A DNA stretch of 64,000 nt from Lentisphaerae bacterium GWF2_44_16 (GTDB lineage Bacteria; Verrucomicrobiota; Lentisphaeria; Victivallales; GWF2-45-14): assembly GCA_001803225.1 (NCBI GenBank), contig MHBF01000019.1:25622-89621 (forward strand), written 5' to 3'. Positions within the stretch are counted from its first letter, which is position 1, and every line of letters starts with the position of its first letter. Shown here piece after piece: positions 9,316-17,628 of this stretch. Made by a program: the position numbers and the translations under genes. A model generated the notes under the pieces. That model made no database searches, was not told the origin of the DNA, and saw nothing but the letters and a program-made list of their open reading frames with translations.

Positions 9316-9428
9316 GGTTGCGACGAAGCGCAACCCTCCACGATTATACGTTAATTATCTATCCCGTGGAGGGATTTGCTTCGTCAAATCCGTTCCCCCG
9401 GATAACAATTTCCTATACAATTAAATTA
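9316..9428. repeat. Composite intergenic hairpin-repeat element (ACGRAG hairpin family plus a 27-mer shared with 44501-44527)
   Basis: Hairpin GGTTGCG-ACGAAG-CGCAACC (9316-9335) followed by CTCCACGATT. A second stem pairs CCCTCCACG (9334-9342) with CGTGGAGGG (9365-9373). Hairpin GGATTTG-CTTCGT-CAAATCC (9372-9391) follows. Then ATAACAATTTCCTATACAATTAAATTA (9402-9428) is identical to 44501-44527. Related copies sit at 26594-26686 and 53714-53781. Confidence 0.8.
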
Positions 9429-9548
9429 TACTTTCAATTATAGAAGATACCGGAGATATAGGCAATAGCTGATATACCGTAAAAAATTGCCATTACTTGT
9501 ACTTTGTTGCGTTTTCAGGGTATCAGAGGAAAAAACATCCGTATTTTC

Positions 9549-9591
9549 CGCAAACGGAGTTGAGCGGCATTACAAAAAGGGACTCCGTCCC
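9549..9591. repeat. Hairpin repeat with 7-bp arms ACGGAGT/ACTCCGT and a 21-nt loop, ending in GGGACTCCGTCCC
   Basis: CGCAAACGGAGTTGAGCGGCATTACAAAAAGGGACTCCGTCCC aligns with 26729-26770 (CGCAAACGAAGTTGAGCGAAGATAATAAAAGTGACTTCGTCACC). The loop length is the same, and a G:C to A:T change is compensated on both arms. Confidence 0.75.
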
Positions 9592-9645
9592 CTTGATTTA
9601 AGAGAAAGGACTGGAATATTTAGTTTCATAGGGAGAAACAACGGG

Positions 9646-10587
9646 ATGTTTGAGGAAAAAATAACAGAATACTATCAGGGCCTTATAGACACGGAAGTCC
9701 CCGATGGGCCGCTTGCCAGGATGCTTCGCGTCTCAGAGTGTGAAAATAAAGTTCGGGAAGGCGAAACAGAAGACCCGACGGGAGACGCTGTCCACAGCCG
9801 TTGCGCGAACGGGAGGCTTATTCACAGATATCGCGACAGGGCGCTTCTGCTTGTTACGGACAGATGCCCGGCGCACTGCCGTTTCTGTTTCAGGAGAAGG
9901 CTTGTAGGAAAGACAATTCCGGATATAAGCGACAATGAGATTGAAGAAGTATCGAAATACCTTTCGCTTAACGAGGGGATAAAAGAAATCGTTCTTTCCG
10001 GGGGCGACCCGCTTTCCCTGAGCAATTCCAGGCTTCTTGAAATTATCGGCGCATTAAAAGCCAAATCCGGACTTTCAGTGAGGGTGCATACCCGTTACCC
10101 GGTATATATGCCATCCAGATGTTCTGATTTCCATGATGTGGCGTCACTGGTTGATACGTTCATGCTGCATGTGAATCATGCAAAAGAGATAACACCGCAA
10201 TTCAAAAAAGCGGCGGCAGTACTTGGGGAAAGCGCCTTCCTCCTGAATCAAAGCGTTCTGCTCAAAGGGGTCAATGATTCCGTTGATGAACTCGAAGCGC
10301 TTTCAAGGGGGCTTTTCTCTGCTGGAATACTTCCAGCCTATCTGCATTATCCTGACATTGCGCCCGGCATATCGCATTTCAGGATACCGCTGAAAAAGGC
10401 CTTGGGACTGATGAACGCGTTGCAAAAACAGCTTTCAGGGTATCTTGTTCCCCGGCTTCTGATTGACATTCCGGGAGGGCAAGGCAAAGTCGTGCTATCG
10501 AAAAATCCGAGTTTCCCGCCCGACGGCAAAATTCTCCTGAAATCGCCACTCTCAGGAGAACTCAGAGAATACCTCGAAATAATCTGA
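9646..10587 (+). CDS. KamA-family radical SAM protein (lysine 2,3-aminomutase / EpmB-like)
   Basis: Start moved to MFEEKITEYY (ATG at 9646, GGGAG upstream). The upstream part of the track ORF crosses repeat DNA. Motifs: CPAHCRFCFRR (CxxxCxxC) and VLSGGDPLSLSNSRLLEIIGAL. Confidence 0.75.
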   Translation: MFEEKITEYYQGLIDTEVPDGPLARMLRVSECENKVREGETEDPTGDAVHSRCANGRLIHRYRDRALLLVTDRCPAHCRFCFRRRLVGKTIPDISDNEIEEVSKYLSLNEGIKEIVLSGGDPLSLSNSRLLEIIGALKAKSGLSVRVHTRYPVYMPSRCSDFHDVASLVDTFMLHVNHAKEITPQFKKAAAVLGESAFLLNQSVLLKGVNDSVDELEALSRGLFSAGILPAYLHYPDIAPGISHFRIPLKKALGLMNALQKQLSGYLVPRLLIDIPGGQGKVVLSKNPSFPPDGKILLKSPLSGELREYLEII

Positions 10588-10654
10588 AACAGTGCTTTTG
10601 TATTTTATCTGAAAAGCAGATATTGTATCTGTCTAACTGATGGAGTACAGATAT

Positions 10655-11743
10655 ATGTTATTCAGAAAAAATGGCGCTTCCTGTTTTGCATTCATAAGCT
10701 CTCTGTGTCTTGCGAATATCACGATGGCGGAAACTCTCCCTGCCCTGCCGGAAACGGACGGAGCTGTCGATATTCCGGCCCAGAAATCGCCTTATTACGG
10801 GGAAAGAACAATAAAAGTATATGTTTATTATCCCGGAAAAAGCATTAAAAACATAAATGAAAAAACAGGCCTGTTTCTCAGTCTTCACAATTGGGGAGGA
10901 ACAAATTCCAGAGGCACTCCCGACCCGCTCGTTCTCTCTTCACGTTACAACACGGTCGCAATATGCGTGGACTATCTCCAAAGCGGCGTAAGCATGCCTT
11001 CCAAAGACGGACATCCCTATGATTTCGGATATCTTCAGGCACTCGACGCGCTAAGGGCTTTATACTATGTATATAACGGGCTTTCAGAAAAAGGAATTGC
11101 CTTTGATAAAAGCAGGCTTTACTGCACAGGGGGCTCCGGCGGCGGCAACGTAACGCTGATGTCAAACAAATTCGCGCCGCGAACTTTTGCCTGTATCATG
11201 GATTTGTCGGGAATGGCGTCCCTCAGTGATGACATAGCTTTCAATCTCCCCGGCGGAAGCAAACTCAACGCCTGTTACAGCAATGACCCGTCAAATAAAA
11301 ATTACCTCGGAAAAGATGATCAGGAGCTCAGGGACACCGGAAACAAAGCGCATCTGGCAGAAATGAAAAAACTCGGCAACCGCTCAAAGATAGTCATCTC
11401 TCATGGAGTTGATGATTCCTCATGTCTGGCTTCAGACAAGAAGAGGGTTTTTGAAAACATGCTCGCCGCCGGACTCGACGCGGAAGCGCATTTCATAACC
11501 AAGGAAAATGTTGACGGAACTCTCATTAAGGACTCCGCTCACGCGGTCGGCAACAGGACGGACCTGCTTATTCATTTTGCGGATAAATACTTTTCGCCCT
11601 CAAGCGCGGAAATGAAAAGAAATGCCGGAAAATGCGATTTTGAACTGAGAGACGAAAAAGTGAAATACAAAACCGCAAAGGGTTCTTTCGTCATTTCATA
11701 CGCAAAAGGATATCCTGAAGGTAATTTCATATCTGGTAAATAA
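10655..11743 (+). CDS. Secreted alpha/beta-fold hydrolase (esterase/peptidase-like)
   Basis: Start taken at the ATG at 10655, with GGAG 9 nt upstream. Signal-like N-terminus MLFRKNGASCFAFISSLCLANITMA. LSLHNWGG and the nucleophile-elbow-like CTGGSGGGN are present. Specific family unknown. Confidence 0.55.
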   Translation: MLFRKNGASCFAFISSLCLANITMAETLPALPETDGAVDIPAQKSPYYGERTIKVYVYYPGKSIKNINEKTGLFLSLHNWGGTNSRGTPDPLVLSSRYNTVAICVDYLQSGVSMPSKDGHPYDFGYLQALDALRALYYVYNGLSEKGIAFDKSRLYCTGGSGGGNVTLMSNKFAPRTFACIMDLSGMASLSDDIAFNLPGGSKLNACYSNDPSNKNYLGKDDQELRDTGNKAHLAEMKKLGNRSKIVISHGVDDSSCLASDKKRVFENMLAAGLDAEAHFITKENVDGTLIKDSAHAVGNRTDLLIHFADKYFSPSSAEMKRNAGKCDFELRDEKVKYKTAKGSFVISYAKGYPEGNFISGK

Positions 11744-11754
11744 GACGGAGCGCT

Positions 11755-12792
11755 ATGCAGGGATTTAAAAATTTCGTTGTAAGAAACAAGGCCATTACAT
11801 TTTTTTTCGTTGTACTTCTGACCGGTTTCGGATACTACTTCTGGCTGCATAGAAAACCCTACACACAGAACGCTTTTCTGATAGCCAATGTCCGTCCGAT
11901 ATCGCCGTTCGTTCCCGGCTACATAACGGATATATATGTCAAAAATAACCAGAACGTAAAGAAAGGCGAGAAGCTTTTCAGCCTCTATGCGGAACCCTAC
12001 AAGCTGACGGTGGAAAAACTCCAGAACTCCCTTGACGCCGCGGAATACAACGTGAAATCCCTTGAAGAGCAGATGCTGAAAGACCAGGCAACGATAAAAG
12101 AAAAAACTTATCAGTATGAAAACGCCCAGTATCATGCGAAACTGGCGACAGACCTTTCACTAAAGGAAGCGGTGGCAATGCAGACCGCCGAGACCAGACA
12201 GAGGGAAGAACAGGCAGCCCAGGCAGCCCTTGAAATCGCCAAGATTTCAATGCTCGTAACACAACAGCAGTTGAATTCCGCAAAGTCCAACGTCAAAAGC
12301 ATAAAAGCCGAATTCAGAAACGCCGAAATAGAGCTTGAAGAAACCACTATTTACGCCAATGGCGACGGGACCATCTGCAACATGTATATGTCCGTGGGCG
12401 CCTATGTTACCCCGGGGAAAGCGATATTCTCCTTTATAGAAACCGGCAAATGGTGGGTGCAGGCGAATTTCAAGGAAACAGAACTCGCTTACCTTAGAGA
12501 AGGACAGAAGGCGCAAATCAGGTTATGGCAGTATCCATGGAAAATCTTCAGCGGCACTGTCGATCAGATAGGCTGGGGCGTAAACCGCCAGTCCGAATCA
12601 CGCGAAGCCGTGCCCGTGGTCGAAAGAGAAAACGAATGGTTCCTTCTCCCTCAGCGCTTCCCGGTGCAGATAGCCATAGACAATCCGGACCCTTCAACAC
12701 CTTTCCATCTCGGCGGCAGCGCTTATGTAATCGTGGAAACCAAAACCAATCAGTTCAGCGAAATATTCTGGCAGCTCTGGAATTTCTTCTGA
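11755..12792 (+). CDS. HlyD/EmrA/AaeA-type membrane fusion (periplasmic adaptor) protein
   Basis: 345 aa. N-terminal TM segment, then VRPISPFVPGYITDIYVKNNQNVKKGEKLFSL, a long coiled-coil region, and TTIYANGDGTICNMYMSVGAYVTPG. Confidence 0.75.
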   Translation: MQGFKNFVVRNKAITFFFVVLLTGFGYYFWLHRKPYTQNAFLIANVRPISPFVPGYITDIYVKNNQNVKKGEKLFSLYAEPYKLTVEKLQNSLDAAEYNVKSLEEQMLKDQATIKEKTYQYENAQYHAKLATDLSLKEAVAMQTAETRQREEQAAQAALEIAKISMLVTQQQLNSAKSNVKSIKAEFRNAEIELEETTIYANGDGTICNMYMSVGAYVTPGKAIFSFIETGKWWVQANFKETELAYLREGQKAQIRLWQYPWKIFSGTVDQIGWGVNRQSESREAVPVVERENEWFLLPQRFPVQIAIDNPDPSTPFHLGGSAYVIVETKTNQFSEIFWQLWNFF

Positions 12793-12793
12793 T

Positions 12794-13861
12794 ATGAAAA
12801 TATTGACTTTTTCAAGAGATTTGCGGACTTACCTCTTACGGTGTGATCCGGGGCTTTTATGTCTGGCTGGTGCGTTAAGGTGCACATTGCCCAGTCTTGG
12901 CGCGCTTTTTGTCTGGGTTTATTTCAAGCCGCCGCATTCGGATATTCTCCTGCTTATGACGCCGGGTTTCCTTGCCATTCTCGCAGACCTGCATCATGAC
13001 TGGAAAGGCAAAATAAGAATTGTTTTCGCGGCGTTTTTAATAATAGCAATCGGACAGTTCGGCATAAGCGTTCTCTACCAGACGAAATTCCTCATTCTTA
13101 TATGGCTTTTTCTCGTGACATTCCTCAGTTTCATCTCTCCCTCGGGCAGACAGCCCGCGGCGTATGCCTCGGCCATGTGCGTCATAAGCCTTTCCTTCAG
13201 CGATCAGGGATGGCATATGGGTGTAAACCGAATCATAGAGCTCATTATCGGCTTTATCGCCGTGCTTATATCGCTTTTCGCTGTTTCATTCACGCTTTCA
13301 AGATTTCAGATGCGCTCGATTCTTAGAGGCTTTCTTTCTGAAATAAGGTTCTATTTCATGTCTGTCACAGGTTCCGGGAAACCGGCTGTTTTTTTCGCGC
13401 GGCAAGCGGAGGAGATTCTCAGAAACATCGCCTCCGTCAGCCTGAAAGCCAATAACATTATAAAAAAGGAAGAATACTTTTACAGAGAAAATATCCTATC
13501 CTCGGAAAAAGCCTCTCTCATACTGAACTATCTGCATTCATTTTCAAGAGACACGCTTTTTCTGGAAAATTTCAGAGAGCAGAGGGAGCTTATAGAAAAA
13601 TATATTCCGCTGACATTTCCAGTTTCAGAAAGCATAACGCAACGGCTTGCCGGGCTTCTGGAGAGTCTGAAAAAAAGTTTTCCTCCGTCAATCACTGATT
13701 GCTCCGCCCTATATGAAAAATGGAGGGAAGAATATCAAGGCGCGAAAAATAGAAAAGAGCTTCCGCCCTCCGCTGAGGAAATCGTTTACGGGTTTGAATG
13801 TCTGATTAAAGACATTTGCGAAATGGAAAAACATCTTCAGAACAAGGCATCGGAATTGTGA
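12794..13861 (+). CDS. FUSC/AaeB-family exporter, N-terminal-half-like protein
   Basis: 355 aa. Multi-TM N-terminal part followed by a soluble helical tail. Starts 1 nt after the adaptor gene. Together with 13868-14914 it resembles the two homologous halves of AaeB-type proteins. Confidence 0.55.
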   Translation: MKILTFSRDLRTYLLRCDPGLLCLAGALRCTLPSLGALFVWVYFKPPHSDILLLMTPGFLAILADLHHDWKGKIRIVFAAFLIIAIGQFGISVLYQTKFLILIWLFLVTFLSFISPSGRQPAAYASAMCVISLSFSDQGWHMGVNRIIELIIGFIAVLISLFAVSFTLSRFQMRSILRGFLSEIRFYFMSVTGSGKPAVFFARQAEEILRNIASVSLKANNIIKKEEYFYRENILSSEKASLILNYLHSFSRDTLFLENFREQRELIEKYIPLTFPVSESITQRLAGLLESLKKSFPPSITDCSALYEKWREEYQGAKNRKELPPSAEEIVYGFECLIKDICEMEKHLQNKASEL

Positions 13862-13867
13862 GGAACA

Positions 13868-14914
13868 ATGGCGGCAGATAAAAATACGCGGAAATACCAT
13901 GAGGCCTTTAAGATAGCCGTTGCCATAACGGCAGGCACTTTCATCTATCAGTTTTTCCAACTTCCTTACGGGCACTGGATGCCGCTGGCCATAGCTTTCA
14001 TTTATGTGGGAGGAAAAACCCAGGGCCTGGTCATGAAAAGAGCAAACGACCGCTTCCTTGGAAACCTTTTCGGACTTCTTTTCGCCGGTCTTTTCGCGAG
14101 CCTTCTCATGTCATGGGATTACCGCTGGGGATATATACTTCCGGCTATATGGTTCGGGGCTTTTTACTTTTATTTTCTCATGGATTACTGGTACTTCATA
14201 AGACAGGTTTTTCTCTCGGCGTTTGCCGTCCTTCTGGTAGCCATAATGAATCCGGCCCATGAAAATCTCAATTTGTGGGAGACGATGTTTGACAGGATGA
14301 TATGCGTTGTTTTCGGCGGCATCGTCCTGCTTATCTGTGAATTTACAATTTTCAGGGAATCCACAAGCGTTAAATCCGATATCATCGAAATGGCCGGAAA
14401 GTTTTTTTATGACTGTTCAGAATACATAATTTCGGTAAGCGAAAGATATTTGAAAAAGGAAAATATCAGATACGAATTCTGGCCGGAACTGGCTTCGGTA
14501 TCTGAAAAGTACAGCGCCGGGAAAAAACTTTACTCTTCTCTGGAAAACGAACTGGGCCATGATATAACACAGAACGTTCACTACGAAAAATTCTATGACC
14601 AGATGAGAAAAATATGCGGACTGCTGCGTTCCATGAAATGCATTGTGAATCATCCCGGAGAATATAATATGACCGAAGGTGACAGCATGAAAATCCGCAA
14701 AGCTTCAGACGTTTTATCAAAAAGCTTCAAGGCTCTCCTGGAACAGAAGACACAATGGGTTTCCGTAAGGGAAAAACTCCTCGATATATTCAGAGGCGCA
14801 CCATACCGGGAAAACGCTTCCTTTCCTGAACTTCTCTTTACCGAAAAAATGATGGAAACGGCGGACTGCGCCGATAAAATGCATGAAATCCTCAGCTCTC
14901 TGCCTCATGCGTAA
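13868..14914 (+). CDS. FUSC/AaeB-family exporter, second-half-like protein
   Basis: 348 aa. AFKIAVAITAGTFIYQFFQLPYGHWMPLAIAFIY...RANDRFLGNLFGLLFAGLF is typical of the FUSC/ArAE core. It is followed by a cytoplasmic helical domain. Confidence 0.6.
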   Translation: MAADKNTRKYHEAFKIAVAITAGTFIYQFFQLPYGHWMPLAIAFIYVGGKTQGLVMKRANDRFLGNLFGLLFAGLFASLLMSWDYRWGYILPAIWFGAFYFYFLMDYWYFIRQVFLSAFAVLLVAIMNPAHENLNLWETMFDRMICVVFGGIVLLICEFTIFRESTSVKSDIIEMAGKFFYDCSEYIISVSERYLKKENIRYEFWPELASVSEKYSAGKKLYSSLENELGHDITQNVHYEKFYDQMRKICGLLRSMKCIVNHPGEYNMTEGDSMKIRKASDVLSKSFKALLEQKTQWVSVREKLLDIFRGAPYRENASFPELLFTEKMMETADCADKMHEILSSLPHA

Positions 14915-14980
14915 TTTAATGAGCGGATTTATTTAACAATTCTCTTGAAAAAATAACAGGATGAGATTTTATTAGCGTTC

Positions 14981-15463
14981 ATGATATTAAAACCATTACA
15001 GATGACCGATCAGCTCAGGACTGGCGTGGAATTGATAGACCGCCAGCACGAGGAATTCTTTGCGCGCGCCAACCAGTTACTAAAAAAATGCAACAGAACT
15101 GACGCGTTGAACGAAAACGAGATTAACCAAACACTTGATTTTATCTGGATTTACATAATTGAACATTTCGCGACGGAAGAAGAACTGATGAACAATTATG
15201 AATATCCGGCCGTCGAAGTACACAAACGCGCGCACGCAAGTTTCAAAAAACGGTATATGTCTTACCGGGAACAAATACAGAAATCCGGGATAGAACAGGA
15301 TACCATGAAAAAACTTATGTTTTTCATGCGCGACTGGTTTTTCCGCCAGATAGTTACACATGATATAAAAATGGCTGAATTCCTGAAAAGTGAAATCAAA
15401 GTCAACACAGGATTGAAAGCCCGCCTTCAGGAACTTATGTCAAAGTTCTTTCCAAGCGCATAG
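14981..15463 (+). CDS. Bacteriohemerythrin (hemerythrin-like metal-binding protein)
   Basis: 160 aa. GVELIDRQHEEFF, IIEHFATEEELM, VHKRAHASF and WFFRQIVTHDIKMAEF match the H / HxxxE / HxxxH / HxxxxD ligand pattern. Confidence 0.85.
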   Translation: MILKPLQMTDQLRTGVELIDRQHEEFFARANQLLKKCNRTDALNENEINQTLDFIWIYIIEHFATEEELMNNYEYPAVEVHKRAHASFKKRYMSYREQIQKSGIEQDTMKKLMFFMRDWFFRQIVTHDIKMAEFLKSEIKVNTGLKARLQELMSKFFPSA

Positions 15464-15594
15464 GCAGAATGCGTTTCACCCCGCATAACAGTTGGGCGTC
15501 ATTCTGCTGTATTTCTTCAAGGTATACCTCCCTGAAATGAAGACGGAGTTGCGTCCTTATTAAAAGGCTCGACTTTCTTCCTCTCTTTTTCATG

Positions 15595-16149
15595 TCATCT
15601 TTCTGCGAGAGCGTTTTTCCAGATGAGGTATTTCCTTTCAAAGGGAAGCGAAGCGTTCGCCGGACTGCTGGAAGGAAGAACACAAAGTTCAAGTTCCGGG
15701 ATTTTCATTTCCGCCGTGTGCTTGATAAAAAGCCTGTGTGCCGTCTGGCCGTTGAAAAAAACTTTTCCGATATATCTGTGTTTTTTGAGAAAGTTTTCAA
15801 AGTCATTGACTTCAACATTATGGATATCCGAATCCATACTGCCCTCCCTGTGACAGGAATGCACAACATCCCATAACGCGACTTTATTTTTTCTCAGGGC
15901 ATTGAGTTTTTCTTCATAAGGAATATTTTTTGGAAAATCAAAAATACGTCCCATAATATCCCAGAACTTATTCTGAGGGTGCGCGTAATACTGTTGTTTT
16001 CGCAGGGACTCTCCACCCGGCATTGAACCGAGAATCAGCAAAAGAGCGTCAGGAGAAGAAGACGGCGGAAATGAAAAAATCTTTTTGTCATCTGTTTTTT
16101 TCACCACTTGCGCCTTATCATGTCTTTCGGCGTTATATGATTCTGCCAT
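15595..16149 (-). CDS. UDG-superfamily DNA glycosylase, hypoxanthine/deoxyinosine-glycosylase-like
   Basis: 184 aa. LLLILGSMPGGESLRKQQYYAHPQNKFW resembles the family motif LILGSxPxxxSLxxxQYYAHPxNxFW. The annotated start overlaps yraN by 49 nt, so the true start is uncertain. Confidence 0.55.
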   Translation of the reverse strand: MAESYNAERHDKAQVVKKTDDKKIFSFPPSSSPDALLLILGSMPGGESLRKQQYYAHPQNKFWDIMGRIFDFPKNIPYEEKLNALRKNKVALWDVVHSCHREGSMDSDIHNVEVNDFENFLKKHRYIGKVFFNGQTAHRLFIKHTAEMKIPELELCVLPSSSPANASLPFERKYLIWKNALAER

Positions 16150-16511
16150 TGGCGTATTTCACGGATGCCGTATCTCGAAAAAACTACTTCTATAAGGTCA
16201 AAACGGTAAACCACCGAGGGATTTTCTATTTCCCTGAGATAATGCGTTCCTGCCCTGCGAATGCGTTTTTTCTGCTCAGTCGAAAGACCTCTTGCCGGTC
16301 TCGCGTTTGTTTTATCCCTCCTGCTTTTGACCTCCAGAAAAACAAGTGTCGCGCCGTCCCTGGCGACAATGTCGATTTCCCCGTAGGAACATTTATAATT
16401 TCTGGCAAGGATATCATAGAACTTTGATTTTAGAAGTCTGCAAGCGGCGTTTTCTCCGGCAGTGCCGAGCCTGAGATGTTCAGCCCTGATTTTTCCGAAA
16501 GGCTTTATCAT
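16101..16511 (-). CDS. yraN: YraN-family (UPF0102) endonuclease-like protein
   Basis: 136 aa. GTAGENAACRLLKSKFYDILARNYKCSYGEIDIVARDGATLVFLEVKSRR is the classic YraN core. Confidence 0.8.
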   Translation of the reverse strand: MIKPFGKIRAEHLRLGTAGENAACRLLKSKFYDILARNYKCSYGEIDIVARDGATLVFLEVKSRRDKTNARPARGLSTEQKKRIRRAGTHYLREIENPSVVYRFDLIEVVFSRYGIREIRQWQNHITPKDMIRRKW

Positions 16512-16514
16512 AAC

Positions 16515-17087
16515 TCATCCTTCTTCACCACCGCCGCTGCCAATTGTAAAATGAAGGAAAAGAGTAAGTATGATGGAGATGGATGAAATCCATATGACAG
16601 CCATACCTCCTGAAAAATATCCGTCGAGCCTTTCGCAAAAATTAAACGGCGCCGACCATGAATATATAGTCTTTGAAAGGAATTTGGAAAGCATACCGGT
16701 AGCCGGCATGGCAAGAAGCATTCCGATTATCACCCACACCGCGTAACTGCGCCCGGAGGCGGCTGACGCGACAGCGCTTGAGGGAAAAAGCCCGCAGATG
16801 GACGCTCCGACGCCCGCCAGTATTCCGCCGCTCAGCGCGCCCCAGAAGTATACGGGCCTGAAATTTATATTAACCAATTCCAGTCTCTGGGCAAAATAAA
16901 AGAGGGCCGTTCCCACGGAAACCGAGACTAAAAATGTTTTAAGAAAAGAAGCGTCTTTCAGATTAAAGATATCCATGAGGGTTTTGCGCCATGCAAGGCC
17001 CGACTTTATCAGTAGAATGCCGAAGAGGATGCCCAGAACTATTCCGGCGGCTATCCTGTAATTTCCGCTTAACGCCAATGGATGCAT
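16515..17087 (-). CDS. YeeE/YedE-like membrane protein (putative sulfur-compound transport component)
   Basis: 190 aa, polytopic and Gly-rich in the helices (GILFGILLIKSG, GGILAGVGASICG). Paired head-to-tail with 17089-17616, as split YeeE/YedE genes usually are. Confidence 0.45.
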   Translation of the reverse strand: MHPLALSGNYRIAAGIVLGILFGILLIKSGLAWRKTLMDIFNLKDASFLKTFLVSVSVGTALFYFAQRLELVNINFRPVYFWGALSGGILAGVGASICGLFPSSAVASAASGRSYAVWVIIGMLLAMPATGMLSKFLSKTIYSWSAPFNFCERLDGYFSGGMAVIWISSISIILTLFLHFTIGSGGGEEG

Positions 17088-17088
17088 T

Positions 17089-17616
17089 TCAATCGCCTCC
17101 TTTTTTGCCTTTTCCAGCTTCCCCGGCCTTGAGTGAGAGAAGGAACGTCGTCAGCCCCCCGAATATCAATGCGGTCAGAAGAAAAATCCACGCCCCAGTG
17201 GAAAGCTGTATTGCCGCCGCCCACTGTCCGAGAAATGAATCCCCGGCAAGTTGAAGCCCCAGCATTACCAGAAAACCGCCCGCAATCCCCTGAAGCGGAG
17301 TAATAACGGAAAAGCCTACAAAACCTTTTGAAGAACCGCCTTCGGGGAAAATCTTGAATTTCCATTCTCCGCCAACTATTGAAGCTATAAGCGCGCCAAT
17401 TAAAATTCCGCCGAGAAAACCTGTCTGCCAGTCAAGCATCGGCAATTCATCTATACGCCGTTTATAAATGAAATCCCGGCAATATTCTGAAAGCATCAGG
17501 TAAGCATCACTCATTCCAACAGGCGTATCAAGGATGTAAAGGGTCAGGACAAAAAGAAAAGCGATAACAACACCTGAAATATAGAAAGACCATTTACCTG
17601 TTATAAATTTTATCAT
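17089..17616 (-). CDS. YeeE/YedE-like membrane protein, partner subunit
   Basis: 175 aa, polytopic. GFLGGILIGALIAS and LQLAGDSFLGQW occupy the position of the family LAGGCxxG motif. Confidence 0.45.
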   Translation of the reverse strand: MIKFITGKWSFYISGVVIAFLFVLTLYILDTPVGMSDAYLMLSEYCRDFIYKRRIDELPMLDWQTGFLGGILIGALIASIVGGEWKFKIFPEGGSSKGFVGFSVITPLQGIAGGFLVMLGLQLAGDSFLGQWAAAIQLSTGAWIFLLTALIFGGLTTFLLSLKAGEAGKGKKGGD

Positions 17617-17628
17617 AGAGTTTTATCC

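Noticed and set aside
9262-9333. N-terminal extension MRFVAT... on the DegT ORF. The same peptide starts ORF 25934-26674 (26570-26674).
   Set aside because: Both extensions are translations of the GGTTGCGACGAAGCGCAACC hairpin repeat (TTG/ATG-CGC-TTC-GTC-GCA-ACC). Good ATG starts with AGGAG sites lie downstream, at 9261 and 26569.
9379-9392. TCGTCAAATCCG resembles a tRNA T-arm/T-loop (GGTTCAAATCC), raising the idea of a tRNA gene or a tRNA-derived att site.
   Set aside because: The stem is 7 bp with a 6-nt loop rather than 5 bp with 7 nt. No acceptor, D or anticodon arms can be drawn around it. The same unit recurs as part of the repeat family.
9316-9592. Whether the short hairpin repeats (also at 26594-26770, 27480-27788 and 53714-53781) form a CRISPR array.
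   Set aside because: The repeats are heterogeneous modules in both orientations, with irregular spacing and no uniform spacers. No cas genes are in the window.
15467-15507. Intrinsic terminator after the hemerythrin gene (GCAGAATG...CATTCTGC followed by TGTATTTCTTC). Similar weak hairpins occur after 10587, 20583 and 19172.
   Set aside because: The loops are too large (25 nt) or the U-tracts too poor to be called with confidence. They are left unannotated.
16101-16149. 49-nt overlap between yraN and the glycosylase gene considered as a sign of a frameshift or pseudogene.
   Set aside because: Both ORFs are full-length with intact family motifs. The overlap more likely reflects an uncertain start codon for the downstream gene, which may begin at an internal GTG.
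17089-17616. Absence of the Cys in the LAGGCxxG-like motif (LQLAGDSFLGQW) of the YeeE/YedE-like protein considered as evidence for a non-sulfur substrate.
   Set aside because: My family assignment is only moderate, and I cannot align reliably by eye to the characterised YeeE cysteines. The idea is too speculative to list as a finding.
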